Assembly (NCBI GenBank): GCA_043228905.1
Contig: JBHGNT010000003.1
Location: 13,578,001 to 13,642,000, forward strand
Origin: Azolla caroliniana
Lineage: Eukaryota; Plantae; Polypodiophyta
Reading direction: 5' to 3'
DNA length: 64,000 nt
Shown here piece by piece: positions 1-12,862 of the stretch (its first letter is position 1; every line of letters begins with the position of its first letter). The position numbers and the translations under genes were made by a program. The notes beneath the pieces were generated by a model. The model did no database searches and was not told the origin of the DNA. It saw only the letters and a program-made list of their open reading frames with translations.

Positions 1-141
1 ACTCAAAACATATTTAGAAATATGTCTTCTCTTCCGGTTCTCATCGGGTCCATCCGATCCGGTTTCCGGGCCTCTTCCGGTTCTCACCGGGTCCTCTTCA
101 TTCATCACTGGATCCCATCCGGAGGGACCAATTTCCCAACA
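1..141 (-). repeat. C1 3' LTR (cut by window edge), PPT at about 142-155
   Basis: Minus strand reads GTGAAGGGGGAGAT|TGTTGGGAAATTGGTCCCTCCGGATGGGAT, matching the PPT/LTR start of C3. Confidence 0.88.
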
Positions 142-152
142 ATCTCCCCCTT

Positions 153-1613
153 CACTCCGGCATGGGATGTCTCGCCAGCCCGATTCGCTTTTGGCACGCA
201 TCCAGCTTGTCAGTTGTCAACACCTTGGTCAGCATATCCAACCTGTTCTCCTTTATGTGGATCTTCATCAGCACAAACTCTTGATCTTCTACTCTCTCCC
301 GGATCCAGTGGTACCTCCGCTAGATATGTTTTGTCCGGGAATGGTAGGTCGCGTTCTTTGCAAGGTGGATGGCACTTTGACTGTCGCAGTAGAGCCAATA
401 TTCCTCTTGTTGGATTCCTAGCTCTCCAATGAAGTCCTTCATCTAGATTATCTCTTGCCAGCTTCTACAACTACCATGTACTCCACCTCCGTGGTTGACA
501 ATGCAACCATCTTCTGGAACCTTGACTGCCATGATACAACTCCCCCTGCATAAGTCATGACATATCCAGATGTAGACCGGCTAGTATCCGCATCGGCCGA
601 CATATTCGAATCCGTGAATCCGTCAAGTTGGGGATTACTGGAGCTGAACTAGAGGCACATACTCGAGGTGCCTTTTAGATACCAGAGTATCCACTTGACC
701 GTGTTCCAATGCTCTCTTCTGGGATTGCTCATGAACTGACTTACCACTCCGACTGCATATCTGATATCTGTCCGAGTACATACCATCGTGTACATCTAGC
801 TTCCAATGGTAGAGGCATATGGTATCTTCATCATATCCGTATTCTCCGCCTTTGTCCTCGGACTTTGTTTTCCAGATAGCTTGCAGTTTTCTGGAAGTGT
901 CGATCCGACCGGTTTTGCCTTCGACATGTTGAACCGTTGAAGCACCTTTGTCATGTACTTCTCCTGTGACAACCACAACAACTTCTTCAACCGGTCCTGG
1001 ATGATGTGCATTCCCAATATCTGTCTTGCCGGAGCCAAGTCTTATATTGAGAAGGTCCGGTTGAGAGCCTTCTTCAGCATCCGAATCTTGCCTTGGTCTC
1101 GTCCGACTATCAACATATCATCCACATATAGGAGGAGTATCAGGAAATCTCCTCCGTCAAATTTCTTCACAAACACGCAGTGATCGGCCTACGTCTTGTG
1201 GTACCCTTGGTCGGTCATGAAGGAGTCCAACTTCCGGTACCATTGCCGGGGAGCTTGCTTCAATCCGTATAAGCTCTTCTTTAGCCAGCACACCAGGTGC
1301 TCCTTCCCTTTCTTCTCAAATCCTTCTGGTTGATGCATGTAGATTTCTTCTTCGAGGTTGCCATGTAAGAATGCTGTCTTGACGTCTAGTTGCTCTACCT
1401 CGAGGTCTATGCTTGCCGCTATGCCCAATACCGTTCGGATGGATGTCATCTTTATTACCAGGCAAATATCTCATCGAAATCCACTCCTTTCTTCTGTTGG
1501 AACCCCTTCACCACGATTTGGGCTTTGTATCTTGGTGGGTTTCCGGCATCTCCCGGTTTCAGCTTGTACACCCACTTGTTCTGGAGTGCCCTCTTCCCTT
1601 TCGGCAACTCCGT
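153..1613 (-). pseudogene. C1 reverse transcriptase/RNase H remnant
   Basis: Fragmented ORFs 796-1038, 1189-1449 and part of 1455-1793 carry copia RT motifs, with several stops and frameshifts. Confidence 0.9.
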
Positions 1614-2230
1614 TGTCGTGAAGAAAACCGGCCATAGGCGGAATCGAAGAAAAAGGCGCATGAACCGGCTCTTACACGAATGGACGTGTGAATTTATATT
1701 TTGATATTTTGTACATGATTCATAAATGGATCGGCTGATGTAAATACTAAGTAGTACACATTTATTAGGGGGGATTGTGCGAATCTCTCTCAAAAGGGGA
1801 CAAGGAATAAAACGATTTGACTAGGGAGAAAGGGGCACCCCTTTTTTTTGCGAACTATTTAAGGAGGGAGAGAAGAAAGATAAAAGGGGATCGCGCGTTG
1901 GCGAGGGGGAAGGGCTGCTGCAGAACTGAGTGTCGAGCTCTCTCTTCTCCAGTCGTTGTTCTCTGCGGGTGTCGGGAGTTCGCTGCCTCTGCTTCGTGGA
2001 CAGCCCGTGTGCTTCCAGCAGAGTCTCTCTCTCTTTCCCTTTTCCCCCTTTGTTTCTTCAAGTCGTGTGGCTGTCGTCGGTGTGAGTGAGTAGGACCCCG
2101 TGTCGGGTCCATCGCCGGCTCGCCGGTTGTAACCGTTAGAGTTTGCAATCTCTGAATATTGTAATCTACTGTTACTGCAATTAAGTGTGCCGTTGTTTCT
2201 CTTTCCTTCTTTCTGTTGCGTGTCTGCAAG

Positions 2231-2270
<40 letters not shown>

Positions 2271-2327
2271 GGTTCAAGGCCCCGGTGGTCCCGCCTTTTT
2301 CACACCCACGCGCGCAACAACGCGACA
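1614..2327 (+). repeat. T1 5' LTR, contains (CT)n microsatellite at about 2235-2267
   Basis: TGTCGTGAAG...CGCGACA; direct repeat of 28450-29086. Confidence 0.93.
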
Positions 2328-2331
2328 TATT

Positions 2332-2348
2332 TGGTGAACCTGACGCGA
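2332..2348 (+). promoter_or_regulatory. T1 PBS, complementary to tRNA-Trp 3' end (degenerate)
   Basis: TGGTGAACCTGACGCGA versus TGGTGAACCCGACGTGA in T2. The reverse complement matches the plant tRNA-Trp end ...TCACGTCGGGTTCACCA (recalled). Confidence 0.8.
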
Positions 2349-2372
2349 AACGGGCGGCAAAGGAGTCGAAAG

Positions 2373-4490
2373 ATGAGGGGATCGGAGCTAGCAGAGGCAA
2401 TGGCGGTAGCCGTTGATCGGCTGGTAAGCGCTTGTGAGGGGACGGGTACCCTCGACAGAGCCATCGAATCGATCGTCGGCACTATAGGCCGGTTCGGAGG
2501 GAAAGATGCCACAAGTTATTTGGAGGCTTACCAGGCCGAAATGATCATGAGGGATATCCCGGTGGACAGGCGGCTGTCCGGATTCCCTCGGGTGGTGACG
2601 CCGAGCATCCACGTGGAGGTGCTCGAGGTGCTGGCCGTATGCCAGACTTGGGAGGAGTTCGAGTTGCAGCTCCTCAAGAAGTACGGGTTTGACGACTTGC
2701 TTCGGCTGTTGAGGGTGGAAAGCCCTGGAAAAGGGAGGAACACGTCGGCGCTCCTCCAGGAGTTCGAAAAACGGTTCGCGCGGTTGTCGACGCTGGACCG
2801 GACAGTGCTTGAAATGAGTCGAGTACTACTGTTTGTCAAGTCGGTGGATGCGCTCGACAGGGAAAACGTGGGTCCCCTATTGGAGACGGACGAAGGGCTC
2901 ACGATAGACTGGGCCGTGGTAAAACGGGTCTGTAGCCGTTTCGACAAACGACGCGATTGCAGCGATGGAAGCTCGTCGGGGTCAGGGTTGGTCCCGGCGA
3001 GGAGGCTCGAGGAGCCGGTATCGGTGCCGGCCGGTGGGAAGGAGGAGACCCAAATCTGGCTAGAGTCAGGGTTGGCATCGAATGACATGGTCAAAGGCCC
3101 ATCCGGAGGAGCGGCTCTGGAGGAGCTGACACAGATGGTGCGCGACCTGCAGATCGCACAGGCCCGGAGAGACAGCGACGAACAACCTCGCGACCGGAGG
3201 CCGCCGGTTGGGCAGCGGTGCATGTGGTGTGATGCGATCGGTCACATTCGGAAGGATTGTGCGGATTTCTCCGACGCGCTCAGGACCAACGTGGTGTACC
3301 TCTGGAATGGGCGGGTGCACGCGAGCGAGACCCAGAGAGCCCTAGAACTGAATATGGGGCGCGGCGGAATGAAGAGGTTGATGGAAGAAGCCGCGACACG
3401 ACATGTAGAAGCCGTTACCTACTCAATGTCGGCGGGAATTCGGGTCGGGGGTGACGAGTCCCGAAAGGTGAAGGACTCCGGATTCTGGTCGCTAGTGCTA
3501 GAAGGCTTCTTCGGAGTTCGGCCAAAGAAGGAAGAGGCGGACCGCGCGGAACATCGGGTCCAGGAGGTCACCGGATGGGACGATCCGGTCGAAGAGAAAA
3601 CGGGCTTCGTAGAAGCCACTTGCCAGAACTACGAGGTTCTGGTGGAAGACAAACGGGTAGGAAAGGCCAGGGGGGTGGGTCCCCCGCAGAGGTATGAGAC
3701 CCGGTTCGGATTGAAACTGACCGGTGCCGGCAACCTAGGTGCGCCGGATGCGAAGAAGCAGGCGGGGTTTCGGTTGAGCACCGAAATCGAAAGGACCACA
3801 AACCTGTGAAAGGTCCTGGAGGAACATATCCTCGACAGCAAAGTGGAGCTATCGTTGAGGGAAGTGCTCGGGATCGCCAAGAAGGAGTTCCACGACTCCA
3901 TCATGGACTTGGTGAAGAGGAAAAGGTTGTCGACGGAGCCGGAACTGGAGAAGCCGGTGGAGGTGCGGACCATGCACTTGGAAGACACGGCCCTAGAAGA
4001 CGAGTTGGCGGAAAGCCACTACACGAAGCCGCATTGGGCCAGGGCAACTACGGAAACCCTTGTACGGATCGGCGATGTTCCGGAACCGGTGGTGGACTTG
4101 GTAGACCATGGATCCGAAATCAACTTGATGTCCATGGATTTCTACAAGAGGGGTAAATGGCCGATCAACACCAAGCATGGCTGGAAAATAAGGGCAGCGA
4201 CGCGCGCCACGGAAGAACTACATGGAGCCTGTCCGAACGTACGGGTGAAAATCGGTGATGTCGAGATCGACCAGCACTTCTTCATGCAGGAGACGTCCTC
4301 GCATCCGGTTATACTAGGAGAGCCATACATAACGGAGGCACAAATGGAGACCAAGGTGCTGGACAACGGTTCAGCCTATGCAAGAGTCAAGAGCCAGGAT
4401 GGGTGTCACTCAGTCCAGTTCCTGACAGTGCGACCAAACCATGAGCGTAACCGCAAGACCCTCGGTGGCGAAACCCGAGGGGATTTTTAG
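2373..4490 (+). pseudogene. T1 Gag-protease ORF1 (in-frame stop at 3807-3809)
   Basis: Zn knuckle CMWCDAIGHIRKDC, protease-like VDHGSEINL, ends GDF*; collinear with the intact T2 ORF1. Confidence 0.88.
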
Positions 4491-7400
4491 AGAGGGCTAT
4501 CAAGGAGTGGGGCCGCGATAGTCCGGACACCTGGGGAAAACCCCACAAATGTACAGTACGGAAGAAGACCTGTACCATAGGTAAGAAATTTTGGTTCTCC
4601 AACAACGGAGGTTGTACTATGGCCGACGTCAATAGCTGGGAGAGGAAGTGAGCGGAGGAGCGGCTTAGGGGATGCAGAGTCCTCTCCCCCGACGAAGAAA
4701 TCAGAGGCGCCATGGAGGCGGTCTCTTTTGACAACACCTTGGGCGAACTGTGAAAGGTGATCGGTGAAGACCTTAGAGAAGACCGGACCGTTCCGGTAGG
4801 TTCGATGGGAATGTACGAAGTCGTTGCGGACTTCGGGGAAATGATCGGGTCGGATCGGACGGCCCGCGCAAGTACAAAGTACAAGAATATGGACCGGAAG
4901 GTAAGGCCGGTCGCGGCACCCTTGCCGGAGGGCAGTGAGGAGCGGATAAAAGGGGTCGCGTCAGACCCAAGTTTACGGAATCCGGCTGGCATAGGGCACC
5001 GGTTCACCGACAGAACGCTACGGAAGCTCAAGGTTGGTGGGGGTGGCTTTCTAATGCCGGCGGAGGAGAACAGGTTTCGGAGAATTCTCGGAAGGCATGG
5101 GAAAGCCTTCGCGTTCTCACTAGAGGAGATCGGGTGCGTGGACCCGACGATTGTCGAACCGATGGTGATCTTCACGGTACCGCATGTACCATGGAATCTC
5201 AAACCGATTCCGGTGCCGAGAGCTCACATCGCGAAGTTGATGGAGCTTCTGAAGCAAAAGGTGGAGATGGGCATCCTCGAACTGTCGAGTGCCCCATATT
5301 CGAGTCGGTGGTTTACGGTGCCAAAGATGAACGGCACGCTGCGCTTCATTCAGGACCTACAATCGGTCAACAAGGTGACCATCCGTAACGTAGGAATCAG
5401 ACCGACCATAGACGAGTTCACGAAGGCCTTCGATGGAAGGTCGATCTATTCGGTCGGTGACTTATACTCGGGGTACGACCAATTCCAGCTAGCCGTGGAA
5501 AGCAGGGATATCACGACGATGTGAACTCCTCTCGGCCTGGTACGAATGTGTACCCTACCACAAGGCGGGATAAATTCGGTGGCGCATATAGTGAACGCAA
5601 TGAACAAGGTGCTAAGGGACTGCATCCTAGACATCACCATGCCATTCTTGGATGACATCCCGATAAAGGGGTGTCCGGTGGATGACGCGGACGAGATTGT
5701 CGGGCCAGACGGATGCCGGAGGTTCGTCGTGAACCACATCAACGACTGCGAGAAGGTGCTGTAGAGGCTCGAAAACGCATGACTCACCTTCTCCGGAGAA
5801 AAATCGGCGTTCGGACAGTCAGAGATCTTGGTGGTCGGACACCTATGCGGGCCCTACGGTAGGAAACCGTCTCCGGCAAAGGTAGAGGCCATCTTCGCGA
5901 CGAGGGACGATTGCGGGTAAGTCACGGAGGTCCGCAGATTCTTGGGAGCATGCGCGGTCTACCACATCTGGATTCCGCACTATGCGCATGTTGCGGAGCC
6001 TCTCTACGGGCCATTGAAGAAAGGGTGTGGGTTCGAGTGGAGGTCGGAGCACATGGAGTCGGTTCGGAGACTAAAGGAGGCGCTTACGGTAGCGCTGGCC
6101 CTCCGTAAAGCGGTTTACGGCAAGGGTGTCCCCATTTGCGTGACGGTGGACACGAGCCCGACCGGGATTGGGTGGGTAATCAGTCAGGGGGACAAGGACA
6201 ACGTACGATTCCCGATCCGGTTCGGGGCGAAGGTATTGAGCGAGCGACAGCAAGGATACGCCTAAGTTAAGCATGAGCTTTGGGGTATCGTTTCGGCGGT
6301 CAAGGCCGACAAGGACTATCTGATCAGGACGGAGGTGATCATCGAGACGGACTGCTTGCCGATACTCGGCATGGTTTCCGGATGTGCGACGCCGGACCTA
6401 GCAATGCTCCGGTGGATAGCATACATTAAGTCCCTGAACCCGGAGATACGACACATCTCTGGAAAGGATAACGCCATGGCCGACATGCTTTCGAGAGGGA
6501 GGTTCAACGGCGAAGACGACATGGTTTCAGATGACGAAGAAGTCGGCGAGGACTTCTTCGGGTTGGCTAACGCGACGATGAGGAAAAGGGACACTCCGAC
6601 GCTCAACGAATTTGACAAAAGTAGGTAGGACGGGGAGTGGCTCCAAATTGGGAGGTTCCTACGGACGATGACGCCGGACGCAACATGGACAAGAGAAGAG
6701 GCGAGCCGGGTACGGAAGAAGGCGTACCGATTCTTCCTACGGGACGAGTGCATATGGAGGCACCCAAAGAAGAGAAATGACATCCCGCTCCGAGTAGTGG
6801 CAAAGAAAGAAGAACAGGAGGAACTACTGGCGGCCTTTCACAAGAGTCCCTGGGCCGGACACCGCGGAACGTGGGCCACGTTCGAGAAGCTGAAGGAGAA
6901 GTACTGGTGGCCAGGGCTGTACCAGGACGTGCATCGGTTCGTAACGACTTGTGAAAGCTGTCAGATGCACTCCGTAGTCCGACATCGGGACGAGCTACAC
7001 CCGACTTACCCGCCTGCGGTCCATTTCAAATGGATGGTGGACTTGGTGATGATGCCGATGGGAGTAGGACAGATGCGATACCTGGTGCTTGCGCGGGAAG
7101 ACTTAACGAACCAGGTGGAAGGCCGTGCACTGCAGAACAAGACAACCGCGGCGGTATGCCGGTTCCTGATCGAAGAGGTAGTTTGTCGGTATGGGTGCGT
7201 TGGGAGGATCGTGGCGGACCGGGGAGAGCTGGATGTGCGGGAAGCTGAGGAGCTGTTCAACCGGCTAGGGGTCAAACTCTCCGTCACTACGACATACAAT
7301 CCAGAGGCGAACGGGAAGGTAGAACGTGGGCACGGGCCGATCATAAAGGCGTTGGTGCATGCATGCGGAGGGCAGGTCGGGAATTGGCCGCGACTCCTTC

Positions 7401-7587
7401 CTTACGCACTATGGGCGAACCGAACTACGCACAATTCGGTGACAGGGTTTATGCTAGCAGAGCTGATGTACGGACAGAAGCCGATCATGCCGGTGGAAAG
7501 AACGGTTTCTTCATGGGCGGCGGTAGATTGGAAGGATGAGATGAGCCGGGAGGAGTTGCTGGCGGCGCGGATTCAACAACTCGAGCG
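4484..7587 (+). pseudogene. T1 pol ORF2 (RT-RNase H-integrase) in the -1 frame, several stops; continues at 27993-28380
   Basis: RT motifs DLYSGYDQF and PFLDD, RNase H TVDTSPTGIG, integrase HHCC region and YNPEANGKVER. Confidence 0.9.
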
Positions 7588-8037
7588 TGTTAATCCTAGG
7601 GCCAGACAACAGCCTAACACAGGGTGTCCACTTAAGACACTTCACCAAAGGGTGGTACGGCAGAATGACTTACGACACAACGCTTAATTAGACCGTAAAC
7701 GATTACTTAACAATACATCATTAACATGCGTAAGATATAACAATGAGTACAGAACGGTAATCAATGCTGAAAGATGAGAGCAATAAGTTCTATTAATTAT
7801 CCGCTCTTGATTACATTGTAACCGGGCCTTTATATAGGTCTCCGGTGCGAAATACAAAACGGTGCCAACAGGCACCTTTTCGGATCCGGATCGGCATACC
7901 GATTCCGGTCCGTCCGTCCACATCTTCTCATATATTACTATATATTTTAAGACTACTAATTACAATAGTTCCCGAATAAACTATTCCTTTCACACTCTGG
8001 TTTGGACCTCCTTAAGCCTTCTTGCCAGCCGGTAACA
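7588..8037 (-). repeat. R1 3' LTR (450 bp)
   Basis: TGTTAATCC...CCGGTAACA; homologous to the split 5' LTR and, inverted, to the R1d LTRs. Confidence 0.93.
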
Positions 8038-8039
8038 CA

Positions 8040-8078
8040 TGGCACACCCGTGGGACAGTACCTTGTACGTCGAACCCA
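8040..8078 (-). other. tRNA-Arg-like 3'-half motif at the PPT position of R1
   Basis: Element strand reads TGGGTTCGACGTACAAGGTACTGTCCCACGGGTGTGCCA-TG|LTR; no purine tract is present. Confidence 0.8.
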
Positions 8079-8091
8079 TTATCCGGCCCTT

Positions 8092-10988
8092 TTACGCTTC
8101 GTCCAAAATGTCCAGAATGCTTTGCTCCAAAATTTCCAATGGCTCGTCGAGAATCTGTTGTTGCTGTTGTGGCTGTTGTTCCTTTTGTGGCTATGGTTGC
8201 TCCATTTGTGCCTTCTCCGTTTGGAGCTGTGGCTCCGTTTGTTGCTCTGGTACCGGCGTTTCCTTCGTTGTTTCCTCCGTCGGACTTGTCTCTGGTTGAC
8301 TGACCCCGGCCTGGTCCCCGTCTGGTCCTAGTACCGGCGACGGTTCCTCATCACTAAGGTTGACCGTTGCCGCCTTTCTCGCTTTTTCTTCCCGAAGCCA
8401 GGACCGCTCATAGCTTTCGAACTGGATTTGAGCCTCCAATTGAGCTACGAGCTGCCGGACCTGTACCAATTGTTCCTCCACCAGGGCTGTGAAATCTTCG
8501 ACCAACTCATCCCTTATGGTGGTGAAGTCCTCCGAGGTCAGCGTATAACAGTCGTCGCCCTCCTTCCACCGGTTTTCGACGTCCGCCCTGAGCAGTTGGA
8601 GTTCCGCCGTATTCTGCGCCCATTTCGCCCACCAACGCACAGAGCTGTCGCCAATCAAGCTTTTGGTCTTAGTGAGCCATGACCGGAGGATGCATTGGAT
8701 CTGTTCGGCTCCCATCCTTGATTTATTTTCTGCGACTTGTCGCTCTTCTTTCAATTGCTTGATGATCCGGACCGTGTCCGCCTCCTGCTCCCTATAATGT
8801 GACAATTGAGTTTGATAGGTTGTTTGCAACCTCTGTAATACCATTGTCGCTCTTTCCTTGTCTTCATGGTTCTGTTTGTGGAGCTCCATGTCGTTTGCCA
8901 CTTCCTCCAATAGCTTGGAACTCTCAGCTCGTTCTTCGGCGAGTGCCGTTGTGGCCCTATCAACTTCTTGCCGGAGCTCGGCCATCTGTTCCTGTTGTTG
9001 CTTATACTCCGTCTCTAGCTGCTTGTAGTCCCGATGCAGATGATCGAAATCATCGGTCTTCTGCTTCAGCCTTTGGTTGATCTGCCGGCGCGCACGGTCC
9101 TCCCGGTCCTTCTGTTGACGGAGCTCTTCCTTCAGCCTCTCGATTTCCGTCTCCGCCATTCTTCGCAACTTGTCTTTTTCCTGCAACAATTTCACTTTTT
9201 CCTCCTTCAATCGGTCATAAGCATGATGTCCTTTACGCAGGTTTTCCTCTGCCCGGCGAAGGTTCTCAATAGTTTTCTTTAATTCTTCTTCGGCCGCCTT
9301 CTTCAAGTCGCGTTCGCGGCTCCGTAATGCTTCTTGTGCGGTGAGCTCATCTCGTAATTCTGCAAGCTCTTGGGCTTGCGCCGCATCTTTCTCCGGGACT
9401 GTTTGAGTCTCTGGGGTCTTATTCCTGTGTTCATCAACCGGAGTCACCGGTGCTTGGATCTGCGTTGCGGTTAAGGCCATTTTGGCCATGTCTCCTGTGA
9501 TCCGATCCAAGTCTTGTTCGAGGCACCGGATCCTTGATCGGGCCATCTCTAGTTCATTGGTTGTGACGAGCAACCGTTCCGTTTGCGCTCTTTCCTCCAC
9601 CTCTATGCACCCGATTACTCCAACAATTTGTTCTCCTATCCATCGGAGCCATTGGCTGCCGGTGCACTGTTGTTGCGCTTGCACGGAGGGTTGGTTGATG
9701 GGTTCACTCGCCGGTGGCTGGTCTCGCCTTACTGCGTCGAGCTGCACTTCAGGTTCTGCCAGCTGACCCCTTTGTCGTTCCGGCTTTGAGTGTGTTTCGG
9801 CTAGCCGCCCCTTCTTTGCTTGTTCATGGCTGGCTGGGACGGTTGGTTTTTGTATATCCGGCTCTTGAGTTACGGGGCTTTCTGGTGCTGCTTGTTGTGC
9901 CAGGACTTCTGTGACCGGTTCCCTCTGAACCGGTTCCGGTGCCTCCCTTGGCGTGGGATGCTCAGCGTGAGTTGCGGGCATTCCATCCTTCTGTGGGTCC
10001 GAACGCTTCCCGGCTGATTCAGTGGTGCTATTCACCGGCCGCCGCTGGAGGTGCTCTGTGGGTTCTTCCTCCATTTCCTCCGCTTGAGTCCCTGCATTAA
10101 TTCTCGCTGCCAAGGTGTCCGTTTCTTGCTGCACCAATCGGTGGAGTGGGCTTGTCAGGGGTCGTGCCGGTGTCTCCTCGTGTGTGTCCGTCGGCCGCTT
10201 CCGGCTGGCACACTCCTTTGCCGCCATCTCTGCGTCGACCGTCTTCCCCTTAGTGGCCTTAGTGGCCAACAACTGTTGCCGTTTTGAAGCAGGTTTCGGG
10301 GTGCCGTCCGTTGCTCTTCCCCGCTTCTTGGTTTGGACGGGCTCGAATGGTGGCGGCAATAGGGTGAGCCATTGCGTCACTGCATGCCATATTTTCCGGC
10401 CTTCCTTGCCGTCCTTTCCTCTTACTATATCAATCGCTGTGCATAGCCCATCGGCGATTAGCACCGGCCAATCTACCTTGACCCCTTTGTACGTTGCGAT
10501 GATCAAGCTTGCTCGGTTCTGAGGCATGACGGGGGGTCGAGGGTACACGTGGCCAAACTCATGGAGCACACGGGAAATTTTGCGGAATAGCATATCTTCG
10601 CCGCCCTGTGTCCTGTAGCCCTTGCTGACAGAGAGTACTCACCGAAATATTTGATGAGTTGCTCGAAGGTAGGATTGTCGATCGTGTAGATGCCTCCCTT
10701 CGGAAGGTCTATTAACGCACGGATCGCCTCCTCCGTGATCACCTCTGTGTCGATTTCTTTGATAATCTTTTCGGCCTCCTTGTGTGGCACCGCCTCCATG
10801 ATCGTTAAGAAACCCTCCAGTCCGTGCTGCCGTAGCCATTTCTTGGCAGCTTCAGACAACGTTTGGTAGTCCATCTCTGCGTCAAGGTCGGAGAGCGTTG
10901 GCGAGGTTTGGTGGTGGGGAGAGTGTGAGAGAGAAAGTTCTGAGGGAGGGGGTTCTCTGTGTGCGAGCTCTCTGCGATTGATCTTCAC
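8092..10988 (-). pseudogene. R1 extra 3' ORF (globular N-terminus, disordered linker, long coiled coil); one frameshift near 10620 and a late stop
   Basis: ORFs 10503-10988 and 8191-10593, sense to pol; homologous to R2 58051-61438 (YFGEYS, MPQNRA/MPQNKA, VDW, ILDIL). Confidence 0.85.
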
Positions 10989-11285
10989 GCGTCTGTTCTC
11001 CTTGGTTCGCGATAGGAGAAGGTCTCGATGCGTGGGGGTTTTTCTCTCTGCATCTTGGCGCCTTTTTCGAGCCTCCGCATGTGCAGGTCGTGTACTATAA
11101 TAGCATTGTGTGCCATGTGGTGGTGGTTTAATGTCCTATTAATAGCCCCTCATACCTTTTTGACATGCCTCTTTACTCCTCGTTTGCATGGCCGTTTCCA
11201 CCACTCCTTTCCATGATTTATTTGATTCGCTCCTTTATTTGATTGATTGATTTATTATTTATTTTTTGTAAAGTTACTTGTGTGG

Positions 11286-12862
11286 TTAATTTTTCTCCGG
11301 TCTTGTCGGACCCTTACCTGAATCACGCACCTTGACGGCCTCTTGATGGTTTGTCGTCATTATGCTTTCCCTTGTTGCCGGCGCCTGCTCCTCCTTACCG
11401 GCTTGGTGGTAGCCGTTTTCCTCACAGGTTGCCGTTGTGGTTGGCCTGCCGGCGTCCGATTCGGTGGCGGTCCTTCGTTCAAATGGGCTCTTTGGCATAG
11501 GTCCTTTGTATGGCTTTAGTCTAAATCCGTTGACCCATTTACCCTGCACTTCGCCAGGAAAGTGTCCCTAACTGGTAGGATCCATTGAACTCGCGTGTGA
11601 TCCAGTACAGTCCGGTTCATCTAAACCGTCGTTTGCCTGGCATTTTACCCATCCGGGTTTGGAACACTAGTACCGGCTTGCCGATTTCGAACATTTTCTC
11701 GTTTCCCTTCTGGAGCCAATCTACAAACGCTTTCTGTCGCCGTTGTTCCAATTCCAGGTGCATGATGCTCGCTAGTCGGTGTTCTTCTAGTTCACACAGA
11801 GCCTTTAACCGAATTGCCTCCGATTCCTTTTCATTGAGTCATTCCCGAATCTGAATCCGTAAGCTCGGTACCTGGAATTCGACTGGCATGACTACCTCTA
11901 ATCTGAATGCTAACCATAACGGCGTTGTTCGGATGCTTGTTTTGTACGTTGTCTGGTAAGCCCAGAGCGCACTGTGCAGCTTCGTGTCCCAATCTGTCCG
12001 ATTCTCATTGACGATCTTGCGCAAGATATTCTGTAACGTTTTGTTTGTTGACTCCGCTAATCCGTTGGCTTGTGGGTAGTACGGGGTGCTCCGTTTATGA
12101 ACTACCACATAGAACGATGTCAAGCTCTCCACTACCTATCCAAGAAAGTGCACTCCTTGGTCTCTTATCAGCTCTATGGGGCATCCGTACCGGCACCAAA
12201 TGCATTAGTATAAGAATTTTGCTGTTGATGCCGTGGTGTTATCTCGTAAGGCTTTCGCTTCCACCCATTTAGTGCAGTAATCCGTTGCGACAATCACATA
12301 CCGGTTGCCAGTTCTCATTGCCGGTGGTTTAAATGGTCCAACAAATTCCAGTCCCCATTTCTGAAATGGTTCTAGCGGTAGTACTGGCTGGTGCGGCATC
12401 CTAGCTTGTTCCGTTGGCTGGCCCATTCGCTGGCATAGATCACACTCTTTCGCATACCGGACTGCGTCCTTCAATGTAGTCGGCCACCATAGGCCACTTT
12501 GCTGTATCTTCCTAGCCGTGGCATCCCCAACATAATGGCCTCCGGCGACTCCACAGTGTGCTTCCTTTAGTATTACCTCTTTCTCGTCGCTGCGCACCGC
12601 TCGTCGCCATATACCGTCCGCACCTTTGTGGTATAGCGTGTCCTGTAATAAATAAAAGTGCCGGCTTTGTACCGCCAGGTGCTTCCTCTTGTCCCGGTTC
12701 ATCTCCTCTGGAGGCAATCCGGTGCTCAGAAATTGGTGCATATTCGTTAGCCACTTATCTTCTGGTGCCACCGTTTCATCTATTGCCGTTTCCGCAGTGA
12801 CTCAAAATAGCTCAGCATTCGGAAACTCGTCCGGTACTCCGTCGCCGGTTTCGACGGAATCT
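11286..12862 (-). pseudogene. R1 integrase
   Basis: [10 protein letters not shown]...[37 protein letters not shown]. Confidence 0.9.

Noticed and set aside
1817-2400. ORFs within LTRs and the many antisense or overlapping ORFs in the track
   Set aside because: These are by-products of GC-rich codon usage and microsatellites (poly-ER/LS/HT), with no conserved protein motifs.
8191-10593. Host myosin/SMC-like gene or viral env
   Set aside because: It lies between integrase and the 3' LTR in two related elements, has no ATPase motifs and shows no evident signal peptide or transmembrane helix.
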